Part shown: positions 39,809 through 52,795 of the stretch, in pieces
Layout: each line of letters begins with the position of its first letter
Position numbering within the stretch: the stretch's first letter is position 1
From: Balamuthia mandrillaris
Lineage: Eukaryota
NCBI GenBank assembly: GCA_031835245.2
Contig: JAVKOQ020000033.1
Coordinates: forward strand, 186,001 to 250,000
Direction of reading: 5' to 3'
Length of the DNA stretch: 64,000 nt
The notes under the pieces: model-generated
Seen by the model: the letters and a program-made list of their open reading frames with translations, nothing else
What the model was told of the DNA's origin: nothing
Database searches by the model: none
Program-made: the position numbers and the translations under genes

Positions 39809-41609
39809 CTGATGCAAGCATATAACACTATCTTATCTTTAAAGGAAAGATTCATCGTGTGGACGTAACAAACCCTGGCAGTGGCGAGGGCTTTATCATT
39901 CCTCCCGACAACCCATTTCAAGATTCCACCATCTATGCTCTTGGTTTTAGGTATCCTTCCACCCCATTCTGCGTTGAACGCTCTTTTACTTATATGTTCT
40001 CTTCGCTTTCTACCTCCTAGGAATCCTTGGAGAGTCAGTATTGATAGGGAGACTGGATGGATGTGGGCTGGTGATGTCGGTCAACGCAGAGAAGAGGAGA
40101 TCTCTATCGTCGTGAAAGGAGGCAACTATGGCTGGAACTGCAGAGAGGGCTTCAGAGCATTCACTCGCTATGAGAACTACAACAACTTGGCCGGTTGGAC
40201 GGAAACTGCTGAGGGCACCGTTCCAACGCCATGTGTTGGTCAAACAGCCGACGACTACATTTCACCTATTCATTCCTACTCTTTTGCAGGTATGACAGCA
40301 CCTTTTAATGTTTGTAACGTCATTCGCTCTAACCTCGAGCTTCTTTTTCTTTAAGATGATGACAACACGTGTAGGTCGGTTACTGGTGGAGTTGTTTATC
40401 GTGGAACTGAAATCCCCGACCTGATTGGGAAATACATCTTTGCTGACTTGTGTTGGGCCAGGAAGTACGTCTTATCCCTTAAATAGACGACTCTCATCGA
40501 ATACGCCCTCACGAATACTGCTCACAATTATTTGCAGAGTATGGGCGTTATCTTATAGTGGATCAACACCAGAAACTGCAACCGAAACAGGACTGGAGCA
40601 GCTCGCTCCCCTCAACAATGTAGCTCACATCGCGGAAGATCCAGATGGAGAAATTTTTTTCATCACTCACAGCGATGGAAAGATTTGGAGAATGTTTTGT
40701 GATGAAGAGGGTTCTGACGCATGTGGTATGTTTTTTCCCTGTCCTTTTATCCTTGTCTCTTGCTTGACGCTAACTGTTTGTACTTTTATAATAATAGCAA
40801 CAGGAGTTGTGGATGATGGCGAAGAAGATCCACAATCTTGTGCTGAACTGGGATTGAAGGAAACTATAGAACCTGGACTTTATATCTCTTGTGATTCAGC
40901 AATCCGCATCGAGTGGGAGATTCTGGATGCTGAACAAGAAGATGCAGGAGGTAAGTTCGTGCCGTTAAATTAAGCTGAACAGGCTTAGGGAGATAGAGAG
41001 AAGAAATGAATGAAGAAGCTGCTAACAAAACTTCAAAAGATAAAATTGCTTTTACTGTTAGAGGCAAGACTCATGGTTGGATAGGAATTGGTCTCAAAAC
41101 GCTTGCCTCTGGACGTGGCATGAATGAAACTGATATGATTATGGTTGCAAATCTTCTTTCTTTCAAGCCAAAACAATGGAAAAAGCTAACACTTCCTTTG
41201 TACCATCAGGCTTTGCTGGACGATGATGAATGCTCATCTGGATGTGTCACGGACCGTTACAGCACTGCCAATGAAGTTCCTCCTCTGGATGATAGCCAAG
41301 ACGTAATGGTAAATCTCCTATTCCCAAGTCATTGTTACTTTAAGTTTCTGACCACAAAAACAGTTGTTATCTGCTTCTAGAGATGGCGAATACACTGCAT
41401 TCACGTTTGAGAGGCTGTTGGTGACCGGAGATGAGAATGACTTTGCCATTAATCTCAACGATACCATTAATATGCTTTGGGCAATGGCACCGCCCAGTAC
41501 CCAGGGCTTTGATACCTTCCACTCTGTCGGCCGTCTTGCCGTGGAGCTTAGCTTGGACACCGCTGAATCCTCTTCTTCTGCCACCTTCATTTTGCCGTTC
41601 GCTATTTAA
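38736..41609 (+). CDS. Secreted GSDH (PQQ sugar dehydrogenase/HHIP-like) beta-propeller with C-terminal DOMON domain; spliced
   Basis: Signal peptide [21 protein letters not shown]. Propeller: [85 protein letters not shown]. Confidence 0.85.
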
Positions 41610-41801
41610 CTCACCCCACCCACCCAACCCAACAACGGACTCTCTCCTTTTTTTTCTCTCTTCTTTTTTTAAAAAAAAAACACCCTTTGCTTCTGCATTG
41701 CTGTACAAGTTGTTCACAAAAGCTGCAGCTTTGTCCATTTTTTGAATTTTGATTGGATGTAGATCATATTATCAGATCGCAAGAAAGAAAATCAAGCAGA
41801 G

Positions 41802-43600
41802 ATGAAAGACGGGGCGGAGGCGGTGGCTTCTGCTCCTTCTCAGTTGTGCTTTGGTCTAAAGTCTTTTGTGGTCCCACTAAAGCCGACACTGCCTCACAGC
41901 GCTTCCTTACGGGAGAAGCATGATGTCGAAGCCATCCCTTCCCCTTTAAGAAACACGCTCCATCGCTTTCAGGCTCTTCCTCAGTCCTTACTTGACCATC
42001 GCCACCTCTGTCGCTACATCGACGTAAAGAAGGGGAAACATGGTACCATAAAACCTCCTTGTTCTCTTTTTATTACGCTCTGAAACGAACAAAAACTGTC
42101 CCTCCACCAAACAGAACGTATCTATTTGGTTGCAGAACACTACACTCACTCCCTTCGCAAAGAAATGGACCAGCACTTTAAAAAAACTGGAAGGTACCGC
42201 ATTTCATACGCTTCTCGCTGTGCTCGCCTGCTCCTTTCGCTTACTTGGTTGGTAAACAAAAAAAAAGCGGAATGTCAGAGCAGCGGGTGGCTCGCTATGC
42301 CTTTCAGATCCTGCAAGGCCTCTCCCAACTGCACGAGTATGGCATCACTCACCGCAACCTCTCTCCTTCGAACATCATGTTGGACGATGAGGTTTGTTTG
42401 TTTCTCTGTTGTTCTTCGTGGTTCCGGTTGAGAGCAAACGAAAAATGACAACAGGGTAACGTTAAACTCGCCGACTATGCGTTGTATCATATCACCAGAC
42501 CGCATGCCAATTGGGCCACTCGTCCTGCCATGTACTGCAAGGCAGATGTCTCTTTTGCCATCGGGTAGGCGTTCCCTATCTCTGTTTCTTTTTCTTGCTT
42601 TCTTGCTTGCTTGCTTTCTTGCCTTCTTTTGAATATCTTCTTTCTCTTTTTACTCTTTTATCAACGCTTTGTTGGATAACGTGGTTATAGGTCACCAGCT
42701 TATATGGCTCCTGAAGTTATAGCGCTAGGCCCACGCGTCTTTTCGAACAACAGAGTACCTTTTTTCAATCCGAAAATGATTCTCGTTCTCCCAAATGTTC
42801 GTTTATGAGACACTCACGCTTTCATTTTCGATAACCAGTTCTTGAAAGCAGCAGGAGCAGCAATGTCAACAACTCCCTCTCACACATCAGCAGACATTTG
42901 GTCAGTGGGAATGATCGTTCTGGAGATGGTAGTGGGAAGACCTCTGTGGCCGGACCTCTCCCGTCAGAAAAATACGATGGGACTGATGTTGGAGGTGCTG
43001 AAGCTATGCGGTCATGACTTGCATGAAAGTATTGAGCAAGAGCAGCAGCCAGAGGTGTGTTGCTTTCATTCCTGACGACACGAATGTTTATACTTAACAA
43101 TAATGGTGAGCAGGTTAATGGTTCAAGCGAAAATGGAATGGCACATCAGTTATCTGTGGAGAGTGCAACTTCGGGCCTGGGAACGTTGCAACGAACACAA
43201 CTTCATGCTCGGCACAAAATACGCAAAGAAGAATGGCTGGAGCAATTGGATGGTACTTCTCTTTCTGTGGGAGGTTTTTTTTGTCTCCTGGATAACAACT
43301 CTCTGTTAGGCTATCATTCGTTGAGCAACTCTTTTAAGGAGATAATTGCCATGTGCATGGAATGCGACCCAGGCAAAAGAGGCACTGCCGAGCTCATCTT
43401 GGCTCATCCTTACTTTGGAGAGCACCATGCTGAACACATTACGAAGCGAAAGTGGGTCGTCAAGCCTTTTTTGAGGTGCTCTCTTTTACGCATTAAGACC
43501 GAAAATGGTTCTTCTGACGTAAAGGGCGGCAGCGACAGCGAAGAGGTTTCTTTGTCTTTATTCCTGTTCTTTGCTATCTATCGTCTTTTGTTTCTCTCTC

Positions 43601-43647
<47 letters not shown>

Positions 43648-46007
43648 ATCTTATGGTTATTTAACATGGCTTAACAAAAGCGTCAGAAGGATAAAAAGAA
43701 AGAGGTCGTGCCAGCAGAGCCCCTCAAACCTGCCACTCATATTAGTACTGACCCGCTCAAGGGAAAGCCGTTGTCTGAAGTATATCATTTTTGGGAACTA
43801 GCAGGAGGCAGCATTGAGAAAGAATTCGCCAAAGACTTAAAGTTGTTGCCACCAATTCTACGGTTACCTACGTTGATACGCGTCAACGATGACCATCACA
43901 CTTTACCTTCTGATGGTGCAGTTGCCACGAACAGCTTAACCACTGGTACTCTCTTTTCTTTTCTGTTTCGTTTCTTGATTCTTATGTACGGTTTGGAATA
44001 GGTTGTTTGTCTCTTGGAGTTGGAGTAAATGAGAATGACCCATCCCATTTGTACAAAGAAGAAATCATCCCCATTTCTTTGAACTCCTTGCGAAGAAGGC
44101 TTATCTTGTCATCTGAGAGAAGCAAGCAAAGCAAACGCAGAAAAGAGGAAGGGGATGAGTTGTCGCTCACAGGTTTGACATGCGAGCTTCTCTCAATTGT
44201 ATCATTTTTAACCTTTTCTGTATAAACAGAGTCGGGTGGCTGGATGAATTATGCTCTGGATGACATGGAAGAGGAAGATATGAGCGGAGCAGAATTCCAG
44301 AACCTTAGTCTTGCCGAAAAGGAAAAGAACATCGATTACCAAAGATATAGGGTCAAACTATTTCGAACGCTTCTCAAAAGTCCTCGCCCTGTGTCCGCGT
44401 CTCGAGAGATCATTAAAGAGGCTGCCAAAGACATCCCTCCGGTATTGCGAGGAGAAATATGGTATTAGTCCTTTCATTCCTCAAGTGACGATTGTCTCAT
44501 TCTCTTCCTAATCTCCCTCCTTTTCTTTCAGGGCTGTCATTCTGGAAGTGGAAGAAGAGAAAGTTGAGAAAATATACGACTCATATGATAAAGACAGTGA
44601 AGGGCCTGCAGATAGGCAAATAGAGTTAGACGTACCTCGCTGCCACCAGTACCATCCTTTGCTCTCCTCTCCTGAAGGTTTGTTCTTCCTCTACACAACA
44701 AAACACGCTCTGCAGAACTTAATTGGGTTTCTATATTCTGTCTATTTAGGCCACAGAAAACTTCGCCGTGTTTTGAAGGCATGGGTTGCCGCAAACAAGG
44801 ATTTGGTTTATTGGCAAGGTAGCCATTTTATTTTCCTGCTTAAATGAGAATCTGCTCTAATATTAGTCAAAACAAAAACAAAACAAAAAATGGAAATGCA
44901 GGATTGGATTCTTTGCTGGCCCCATTCCTTGTGCTCAACTTCCAAAACGAGGCCATGGCTTTTTGCTGTTTGCAGAATCTTACTTCTAAATATTTGCATG
45001 ACTTTTTCCTACCAGATAACACCATTCCACTACAGCAACATCTGGCCACCTTCCGACAAGTTTTAGCCTACCATCACCCAGATCTCGCCGCTCATCTTCA
45101 TCGCATCAACTTACATCCTGAACTATATGCTATTCCTTGGTTTCTTACACTGTTTACACGTACGTCTTTTTTATTTCCCTTTTTCACCCTGAAACTGACT
45201 TATAACCTTTTTTTTTTAAGATATACTTCCTTTAGACAAATTGTTTCATGTTTGGGATACTCTCCTCCTTCACAGCTCATCTCTCACCCATTTCCTTGCT
45301 GTAGCTCTTCTTGAACATCTTCACGAAAAGTTACTCGCCCTCGACTTTAACGCATGTATACTTTTGTTTGGCAACCTGCCGCCCTTTGACATCCCCCAGT
45401 GGATCGAACGAGCTCTCTTCCTGTACAATGACACTCCGCACAGCATATACGGCCGCAGTCCACCCAAATATCCTGTAACTTTCCTCTGCTTTCTTTCATG
45501 TTGTTGTTTCTCTTCTGATAGTATTCTGCAAACTTGTGCAGCACGAAAAACGATGGTGGGAAGAGCCTCTTCCTTTAGCAGAATTGCACGACCAGCTAGC
45601 TCCTCGCTTGTCATTGAACGACCTGGTTTCCTTGCAAGAACCCCCATTGGTGGTGGATGTGCAACCCACACAAAAGTACATGAGGCGTCATTACCCAGAC
45701 AGCGTCCACGTAAATAGGCGCGCCCAACCTCTAGACATCCCCATTTTGGTGCAAAATCGCGGTCGAGATATCGTTATAGTTGCTGGCAAGGGAAAGCATG
45801 GCTTTTTGGTAACCTCCTCTTCTCCCTTCTTATGATGTTTCTGGTACTGCGATTCTTACTGGACGGGATGACTAGTTTGCCAACAAAATGATCTATGCCA
45901 ACTTTCCGAGGGTATCGGTGCTGGCTGGCGGCATCGACGTGCTGCAAGCTGACGCGAGTGCTTTGTTAGAGTCATCACCACCCCCTTCTGGAAGTGACCA
46001 GCTCTAA
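41802..46007 (+). CDS. TBCK: TBC domain-containing kinase-like protein (pseudokinase + TBC + rhodanese); spliced
   Basis: [75 protein letters not shown]; rhodanese-like C-terminus (VSVLAGG). Confidence 0.93.
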
Positions 46008-46379
46008 AACAAACAGTCCTCCATTTGCATTCCACACATCAAACCAGTGCTAAAGAAGGCGGCGCAAAATCTTGCTCGCGCTTGCTCAACAATAAATAAA
46101 CAAGAGAAAAACTGACGTAAGAAGCTTCCAAGAGAGAGAGAAGAGAGAGCGAAGGAAGAAAAAAAAAGCGCAAGTTCTAGCTAGTACAAAAACTCAATTG
46201 TATTTTTAAAGAAGACCTTTCACCCGTCCCTTCAGACAAAGGCAAAAGGTACACATAAATAAAAGGGTTTGGTTGCACACAAACAACAATGTAGATACAA
46301 ACAAGCTCTCAGCAGGTCGTGCGTCGTTCAGTTGAAGAGAAGAGAGGAGGGGAGGGAGAAAGAAAAAAGAGGAAACGAT

Positions 46380-48509
46380 TTAGTCAACCTCCTCCATCTT
46401 GGAGCCCTCATCGCCACCTTCTTCCTCCTCCAAGGGGGGCAGGTCAGCCTCCATGGCGGGTTCCTCGTCCTCATCGATGCTGAGACCAAGCTTGATCATG
46501 CGGTGGATGCGGGAAGCAAAGCTGGATGGGTCGTCCAGGGAGAAGCCAGAGGACAAGAGGGCAGTCTCGAAGAGCAACCAGACGAGGTCCTTGACGGTCT
46601 TGTCGCTCTTGTCAGCGTCGGCCTTCTGCCTGAGGGAAGAAACGATCGAGTGAGAGGGGTTGATCTCGAGAGTCTTCTTGGAAACCATGTAGGTGGACAT
46701 GCTGTTGTCGCGGAGGGCCTGGGCCTTCATGATCCTCTCCATGTTGGCGGACCAGCCAAACTCACCGGTGACGAGGACACAAGGGGAGTTGACGAGGCGG
46801 GAAGAGAGCACAACCTTCTCGACCTTGTCGCCGAGGATCTCCTTGATGACCTTGAGCAGGTTCTCGTTAGCCTTCTTCTCCTCTTCGGCCTTCTTCTTCT
46901 CATCTTCGGTTTCGTCGAGCTTGAGGCCCTCCTTGGTGACGTTGACAAGCTTGTGGCCGTCAATCTCCTTGAGTTGCTGCACCATGTACTCGTCGATGGG
47001 GTCAGTGAAGAAGAGCACCTCGTAGCCGCGCTTCTTGAGTCCCTCCAAGAAGGGGGAGTTCTCAACGGCCTTCCTGCTCTCACCGCTGATGAAGTAGATA
47101 TCCTTCTGGCCCTCCTTCATGTTGGTGACGTAGTCCTTGAAGGAAGTGGTGTTGTCGCCAGAGGTGGTGGAGTGGAAGCGGAGCAACTCGGCCAACTTGG
47201 TCCTGTTCTGGCTGTCCTCGTGGATACCGTACTTGATGTTCTTGCCAAAGGACTCGTAGAACTTGTCGAAGTCTTCCTTGTTCTCAGCAATCTCGTTGAA
47301 CAGCTCAATGCACTTCTTGACGATGTTCTTGCGGATCACGCGGAGGATCTTGTTCTGTTGAAGCATCTCACGAGAGATGTTGAGGGGCAAGTCCTCAGAG
47401 TCGACGATACCCTTGATGAAGTTGAGCCACTCGGGGATGAGCTCCTCGCAGTTGTCCATGATAAATACACGGCGGACGTAGAGCTTGATGTTGTTGAGCT
47501 TCTTGCGAGTCTCGAAGAGGTCGAAGGGAGCGCGCTTGGGCACGTAGATGATAGACTTGAACTCCAGCTGACCTTCCACGGAGAAGTGCTTGACAGCCAA
47601 GTGCTCCTCCCAGTCGTTGGTCAAGCTCTTGTAGAAAGTCTTGTACTCCTCGGGGGTAACGTCCTTGGGATTACGGGTCCAGATGGGCTTGGTCTTGTTG
47701 AGCAGCTCCCATTCGTGGGTGGTCTCCTTGACCTTCTTCTTCTTCTTCTCGCCTTCCTTCTTATCCTCCTCCTCGGTCACTTCCTCGATCTTGGGCTCCT
47801 CGCCTTCCTTCTTCTCTTCCTCCTCCTTCTTCTCTTCCGCTTCGTCGTCAGAGACCTCCTTCTCGACCTCCTTCTCAACATAGAGTTGGATGGGGTACTG
47901 GATGAACTGAGAGTGCTTCTTGACGAGGTCCTTCAGGCGGCGCTCCTCCAAATACTCCTGTTGGTCGTCCTTGAGGTAAAGGGTGACCTTGGTGCCTCTC
48001 TTCAATTCCTCACCAGAGGTATCCTTGCGGATGGTGAAAGAACCGCCAGCGGCAGACTCCCAGACGAGTTGCTCGTCGTCGTTGTGCTTAGTGGTAACCA
48101 CAACCTTCTCAGCCACGAGGTAGGAGGAGTAGAAGCCCACACCAAACTGACCAATCATGCTGACGTCAGCACCAGCCTGGAGAGCCTCCATGAAGGCCTT
48201 AGTGCCGGACTTGGCGATGGTACCGAGGTTGTTCACGAGGTCGGCCTTGGTCATGCCAATACCAGAGTCGATGATGTTGAGGGCATTGTTGGCCTTGTCG
48301 GGGACGATCTTGATGTAGAGCTCGGGGTTGGACTCGAGTTGGGCCTTGTCCGTGAGGCTCTGGTAGCGGATCTTGTCCAAGGCGTCAGAGGAGTTGGAGA
48401 TGAGCTCACGCAAGAAAATTTCCTTGTTGCTGTAGAAGGTGTTGATGATCAAGCTCAACAGCTGGTTGATCTCGGCCTGGAAAGCAAAGGTCTCTACTTC
48501 TTCGGACAT
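46380..48509 (-). CDS. HSP90: Cytosolic heat shock protein 90 (intronless)
   Basis: Uninterrupted 709-aa ORF with [34 protein letters not shown] and a C-terminal MEEVD. Confidence 0.99.
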   Translation of the reverse strand: MSEEVETFAFQAEINQLLSLIINTFYSNKEIFLRELISNSSDALDKIRYQSLTDKAQLESNPELYIKIVPDKANNALNIIDSGIGMTKADLVNNLGTIAKSGTKAFMEALQAGADVSMIGQFGVGFYSSYLVAEKVVVTTKHNDDEQLVWESAAGGSFTIRKDTSGEELKRGTKVTLYLKDDQQEYLEERRLKDLVKKHSQFIQYPIQLYVEKEVEKEVSDDEAEEKKEEEEKKEGEEPKIEEVTEEEDKKEGEKKKKKVKETTHEWELLNKTKPIWTRNPKDVTPEEYKTFYKSLTNDWEEHLAVKHFSVEGQLEFKSIIYVPKRAPFDLFETRKKLNNIKLYVRRVFIMDNCEELIPEWLNFIKGIVDSEDLPLNISREMLQQNKILRVIRKNIVKKCIELFNEIAENKEDFDKFYESFGKNIKYGIHEDSQNRTKLAELLRFHSTTSGDNTTSFKDYVTNMKEGQKDIYFISGESRKAVENSPFLEGLKKRGYEVLFFTDPIDEYMVQQLKEIDGHKLVNVTKEGLKLDETEDEKKKAEEEKKANENLLKVIKEILGDKVEKVVLSSRLVNSPCVLVTGEFGWSANMERIMKAQALRDNSMSTYMVSKKTLEINPSHSIVSSLRQKADADKSDKTVKDLVWLLFETALLSSGFSLDDPSSFASRIHRMIKLGLSIDEDEEPAMEADLPPLEEEEGGDEGSKMEEVD

Positions 48510-48650
48510 TGTGTGTGTTTATTTGTGTGCGCAGGGGGAGAAAATAAAAAATAAATAGAGAGAGTGCAGTGGGAAGAGTAGTGAAAGTTTTTTTTGTGTT
48601 TGTGTCAGTGGTTGTTGAAAAAAAGGGAATAAAAAAGTCAGAAGCGACAT

Positions 48651-48859
48651 TTTTTATACCCCACCGCTAACTTGCCACCGAACAAAAAAAAGCAGCCTCA
48701 CTCTCTCTGTGCCCTTTTTTCTTCGATTCTCGGTTTGGGGCGTTTTCTCGGTTCCAGAAATTAGAAATTTCGGTCATGTTATTTTTTCGGATGAATTCAT
48801 GTTGATTTTCGATGTATTTTCTCTAACGAAATTTCGGATGTTTAACTGCACGAAATTTC
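48651..48859 (-). promoter_or_regulatory. Putative HSP90 promoter: TATA box and HSE-like elements
   Basis: Minus-strand TATAAAAA at 48651-48658; TTCcaGAA at 48752-48759; GAAatTTC at 48764, 48828 and 48852. Confidence 0.5.
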
Positions 48860-49018
48860 CCTTGTCGACTGAAAGTGGAAGACAAAAAAAAAAGCAAAGA
48901 AGAAGCAAAACGGTAGCGCTGCCCTCCTCTGCGCAAACGATTGTCCTGTAGGCCGCCGTTGATCCGTTTGCTGATAAAGAGGAATCTGGAGTGTCGCTGA
49001 AAATCTTTGCAGCTGATA

Positions 49019-52000
49019 ATGTCGTTCCGAGAGGTATGCATATCGATAGCGGGATTTTAACACGCCTTTTGTGTGAGGGGTAACACTAACGCAACGCTAC
49101 TTAACACCCGTTCATCCTCGTGCACAGGTGGGGTTTCTTGCCCTTGACAGCGTGGAGCGATGGAGAGAGTACTCCATTGCCGGTACTGGACTAAGCGACA
49201 TTCCTCGCTCCAAGTTTACCGCCCTCTCCGTCGGATCAGGCTATTCCTACGAAGTGCTCAGCCCAGAAACAAGGCATCGCTTCGTCATATGGTACGCCCA
49301 CCTTTTCTCTTTTTTCATTGCACCTTTTTTCTTTGTTGTTGAAGTATCTCGCATAGGAGAGCCACTGGAGAGACCCTTGAGCTGTTGGAGTTGTCGCTGG
49401 ACCATGACCTCTGCGACAATGCGCTCCGCATTCACTTGCCCTACCCCGTTGTTCCCGATGTGGTATTCATAGAGAAGGTGGACCACCAGGAAGCTTCGTT
49501 TCATGTTATCGTTGCCACGAAGCGGACGTTTCACCGTTTTGTCTTTGAGCATCCGTCTTCCATGAAGGTTGGTTGCACATATCAGCGCCTTCATTCGTCC
49601 CTTTGCTAAAGTGCTCCCTCTCCCATCTTCCATACTAAATAGGATACACCAGCAGGAGAACATGTCTCCATCTTTGCCAACGTCACTGCTGGCGATCTTC
49701 AAGCTGGCAGCTGCAGTCTTGTACGTCAAGTTTTTTTTTCTTCTCACTATTACACCCTCTTAAGACTAAAACAAAAACGTTTACTTTTTTTTTTTAAAAC
49801 AAAGGATACAATAACCAAGGCTACGCCGAACATTGTCAGTAAAGTGGATAACAGTTGTGCAGCGTTAGGCTGTAGTAATGGCACTTTAGTTGCTCTTCTT
49901 CTTCAAGAGGCTTTTGAGGATGGTACTTTTTTCAAAAACATTATTATTAGGCCTTGCGGATTGGTGAACACACTTGCAACTTCTAACAAATACTCGCTTC
50001 TCTTCCTCTCTCTCCCTCTCGGACTAGATGGGGTCCGGTATGACCTTACAGCGCTGGAGTTGAAGCAAGGTACAATGATGCAACGGTTATGGGGAGGATT
50101 GTTATCCGGACAAAGGTATTGTTTACTCTTGCTTGCCTCCACTCGAGGTTGCGACTGAATTGCATTGAAATGCAGAGATGTTGATGCGGAGAATGCGATT
50201 GTCAGTTTATCAAGCCACACTTTGGACGGACTGAATTATATCTTTGCTCTATGTTTGGACAAAAAGCTAAGAGGTTAGTTTTCACACAGCTCTGTTCTTC
50301 TTCTCAGAGTCTCACTGTATGTTGCAGTGTGGTCGCTATCTCGTCGAACTTGCATAAAGGAAAAAGAAATTGAATGGGATACGTGGGACAACGCAAGCGA
50401 CAATCAAGGTATTTCTCTTTTTTCTTCCTTCTTCCTTCTTGCTTCTTCCTTCTTCTCCTCCCCTTCCTATTGTTGATGAATGGTCGCGAAACAGTTAAAC
50501 GACTTCAGCTACGGGTGTACGGCTGTAAAAATGACTCTACCCAAATCAAGCTTATATTCTATTTAGGGCTTGAAGGCGAATCCCAATTTCAAGTCTATGA
50601 AGGATCTTTTCTTGAAGGCAAGGAAGGCGAGATTTTGCTTGATATAATCCCAAGCGTTCACTTCTTCAAAGAGGTTTGTTTGTTATTCGCCCATCTTCGC
50701 AAGACTGCATTTTTACACTCTGTTTTTCCTTTCAAGGATGGGCTTGTGGATTTCAGGGTTTGCAATGACAAACTATGGTCGTTATGGCGCCAAAACGAGG
50801 ATGAGGCGCCAGTGCAAGGGACACTAGGCACCTGCTTGCGCTATTCTCTTTTTAGAATGTGAGTACTGTTCTTCGATCAATCCATCTGTTACACGTGCAC
50901 ATCGCCTGATGTTTCTTTATTTTTCTCAAGGTCCAACGATGAAGACGATGGACAGGATGTCACCCATGCCATAGAAAACAATCAATGTCAGTCAGCTATC
51001 TTACATGACCCCACCGCCATCACTGACCAAGTATCTCCGTATGCTCTAAACTATGACGAGGCGTTTCTGGAACAAATCTTTCAAAAGGGCAGGTTCTCTT
51101 CCAACTGTTTAATGAGCGCTCTGCAAATGTTTCGTGGTGTGCCTTTGTCTCAATCACAACAGACGCTTATAATGGGAGCTGCCCTTGACCGTTTGCAAAT
51201 CAAGAAAGATATTTGCTCTGTCATACATGAAGAGGTCTCTCTCTCTCCCCCTCGCGTTTCCTTCTTTTATTGTATCACGCGTTAAACATTATTACATTAT
51301 TTTGGTTGGTTGATTGCAATGACAGATTGCGGCTGCAAGGGCTGCTTTGGCTAGAAGGGCAATGGGCAGTGCTGATTCTGAACTTAATGAAACGGACTTA
51401 CAGGAGCTATCTTTTTCTTTGTGGTCTCGGTTTGTGTCTTGTTGTGTTAAGTGCTGGCGAGAGGAAAATAGGCCTTTAGGCATGCATGCCCATCCACACA
51501 CGGATCTATTGTGCCTTGTTAAAAAGGTAAACATCTTATGCTTTGTTGAGCGGAGATTTAGGCCTACGCACGTTTGCTCATTCTTCAATGCCTTTGTAGG
51601 GTGGCATTTCGTTCCTTCGGCCTTGCGACACGTTTGAAGCTCTCACTGCGTCTGCTGTTGCCTCTCGCAGAAGCGTTGCATTTGGTACTCCATTTGTTAC
51701 GCCCCTATACTTAGATCAGTGCACTAACCTCATGAATGAACAAAAGACATCATAGAGCCAACACGACCATTGGATTCTGATGTTTGGCAGTTGCTGTCCA
51801 GTATCCGCTTTGTGGGAGAACAGGTTGGAGAATGTGCCTTCCATGCTTTTGAAGAGGATCTTTTCACTTTTGTTGAGCCCGCCGATGCTGCTCTGCATCT
51901 GGTATCCAATCTAATAGGAGGAATGGGGTAGATTCCACCACCTAGCAATTTACTCTCTCTGTCTCTAACCAGCATGATAACTTCTACAAAAATGTGAACA

Positions 52001-52757
52001 GAGATTCAGAATTCACGCCAGGAACCGCTACTACGGGTCCTGTTCCAAAGCGGAGATTTGTTTTGGACTTTCTTCGCAGCTTTCACAGCATCAGACCAAA
52101 ACCTCTTGAAGCCATAGACAAACTTCTGGCCCTTCTTGGTCAAGTTGGCTTTAGTTCAGGTAGTGCTTTTCTTCCTTTCGTTTCGTTGCTCCTCATTATT
52201 CCTAAAACTTTGCATTATTTTAGTCGATCCTCAAGAGCGACACCCTATCGCCCAACAATGGACAACTTCCCTCTTTGCCAGTTCCATCTCTCGATCTATA
52301 ATAGGAGAGGGCTTTTATCAACTCGTTCGGTCTCGGTTTGTTATTTTGCGTAACCTACTTGTGTCCTTACTGCTACTCATTCGGCTACGAAGTGAAGTAC
52401 GTTATTCCAGTAACATGGTGTTTTTCTTTTGTTTGCTCACCAAAAAAAAAATCTGCCGATAGTCTGGTTTATCATCCGATGCAAGAGCAAAGCTACAAAC
52501 TAGGGCGATCCCCAGCGCCTTGCTATTGTTAAAAGGCTATTATTTGATGGGATGGATAGCTTCTCGATCTGTGCAGCCCCTACCAACAAATGCGTAAGTA
52601 TATTTTTACTTTCATCTCTTTTGTGACTGCTTTATTAAACATTTGTGCAGTAGCGTGAAAGATGATTTGCCAGATTTTACTTCTTTGGATTTGTCTGGAC
52701 ATCATAACCGCACTTCCAAACTTGCTTCCAAACAAAGTAACGTCTCTCTCCCTCCTT

Positions 52758-52795
<38 letters not shown>

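Noticed and set aside
42340..42490. HRN instead of HRD in the TBCK kinase domain
   Set aside because: Normal for the TBCK pseudokinase; not novel.
46269..48554. 761-aa ORF antisense to HSP90
   Set aside because: In-register shadow ORF. Strong codon bias avoids TTA/CTA/TCA, which removes antisense stops, a known artefact of HSP70/HSP90 genes. It has no ATG start and no recognisable motifs.
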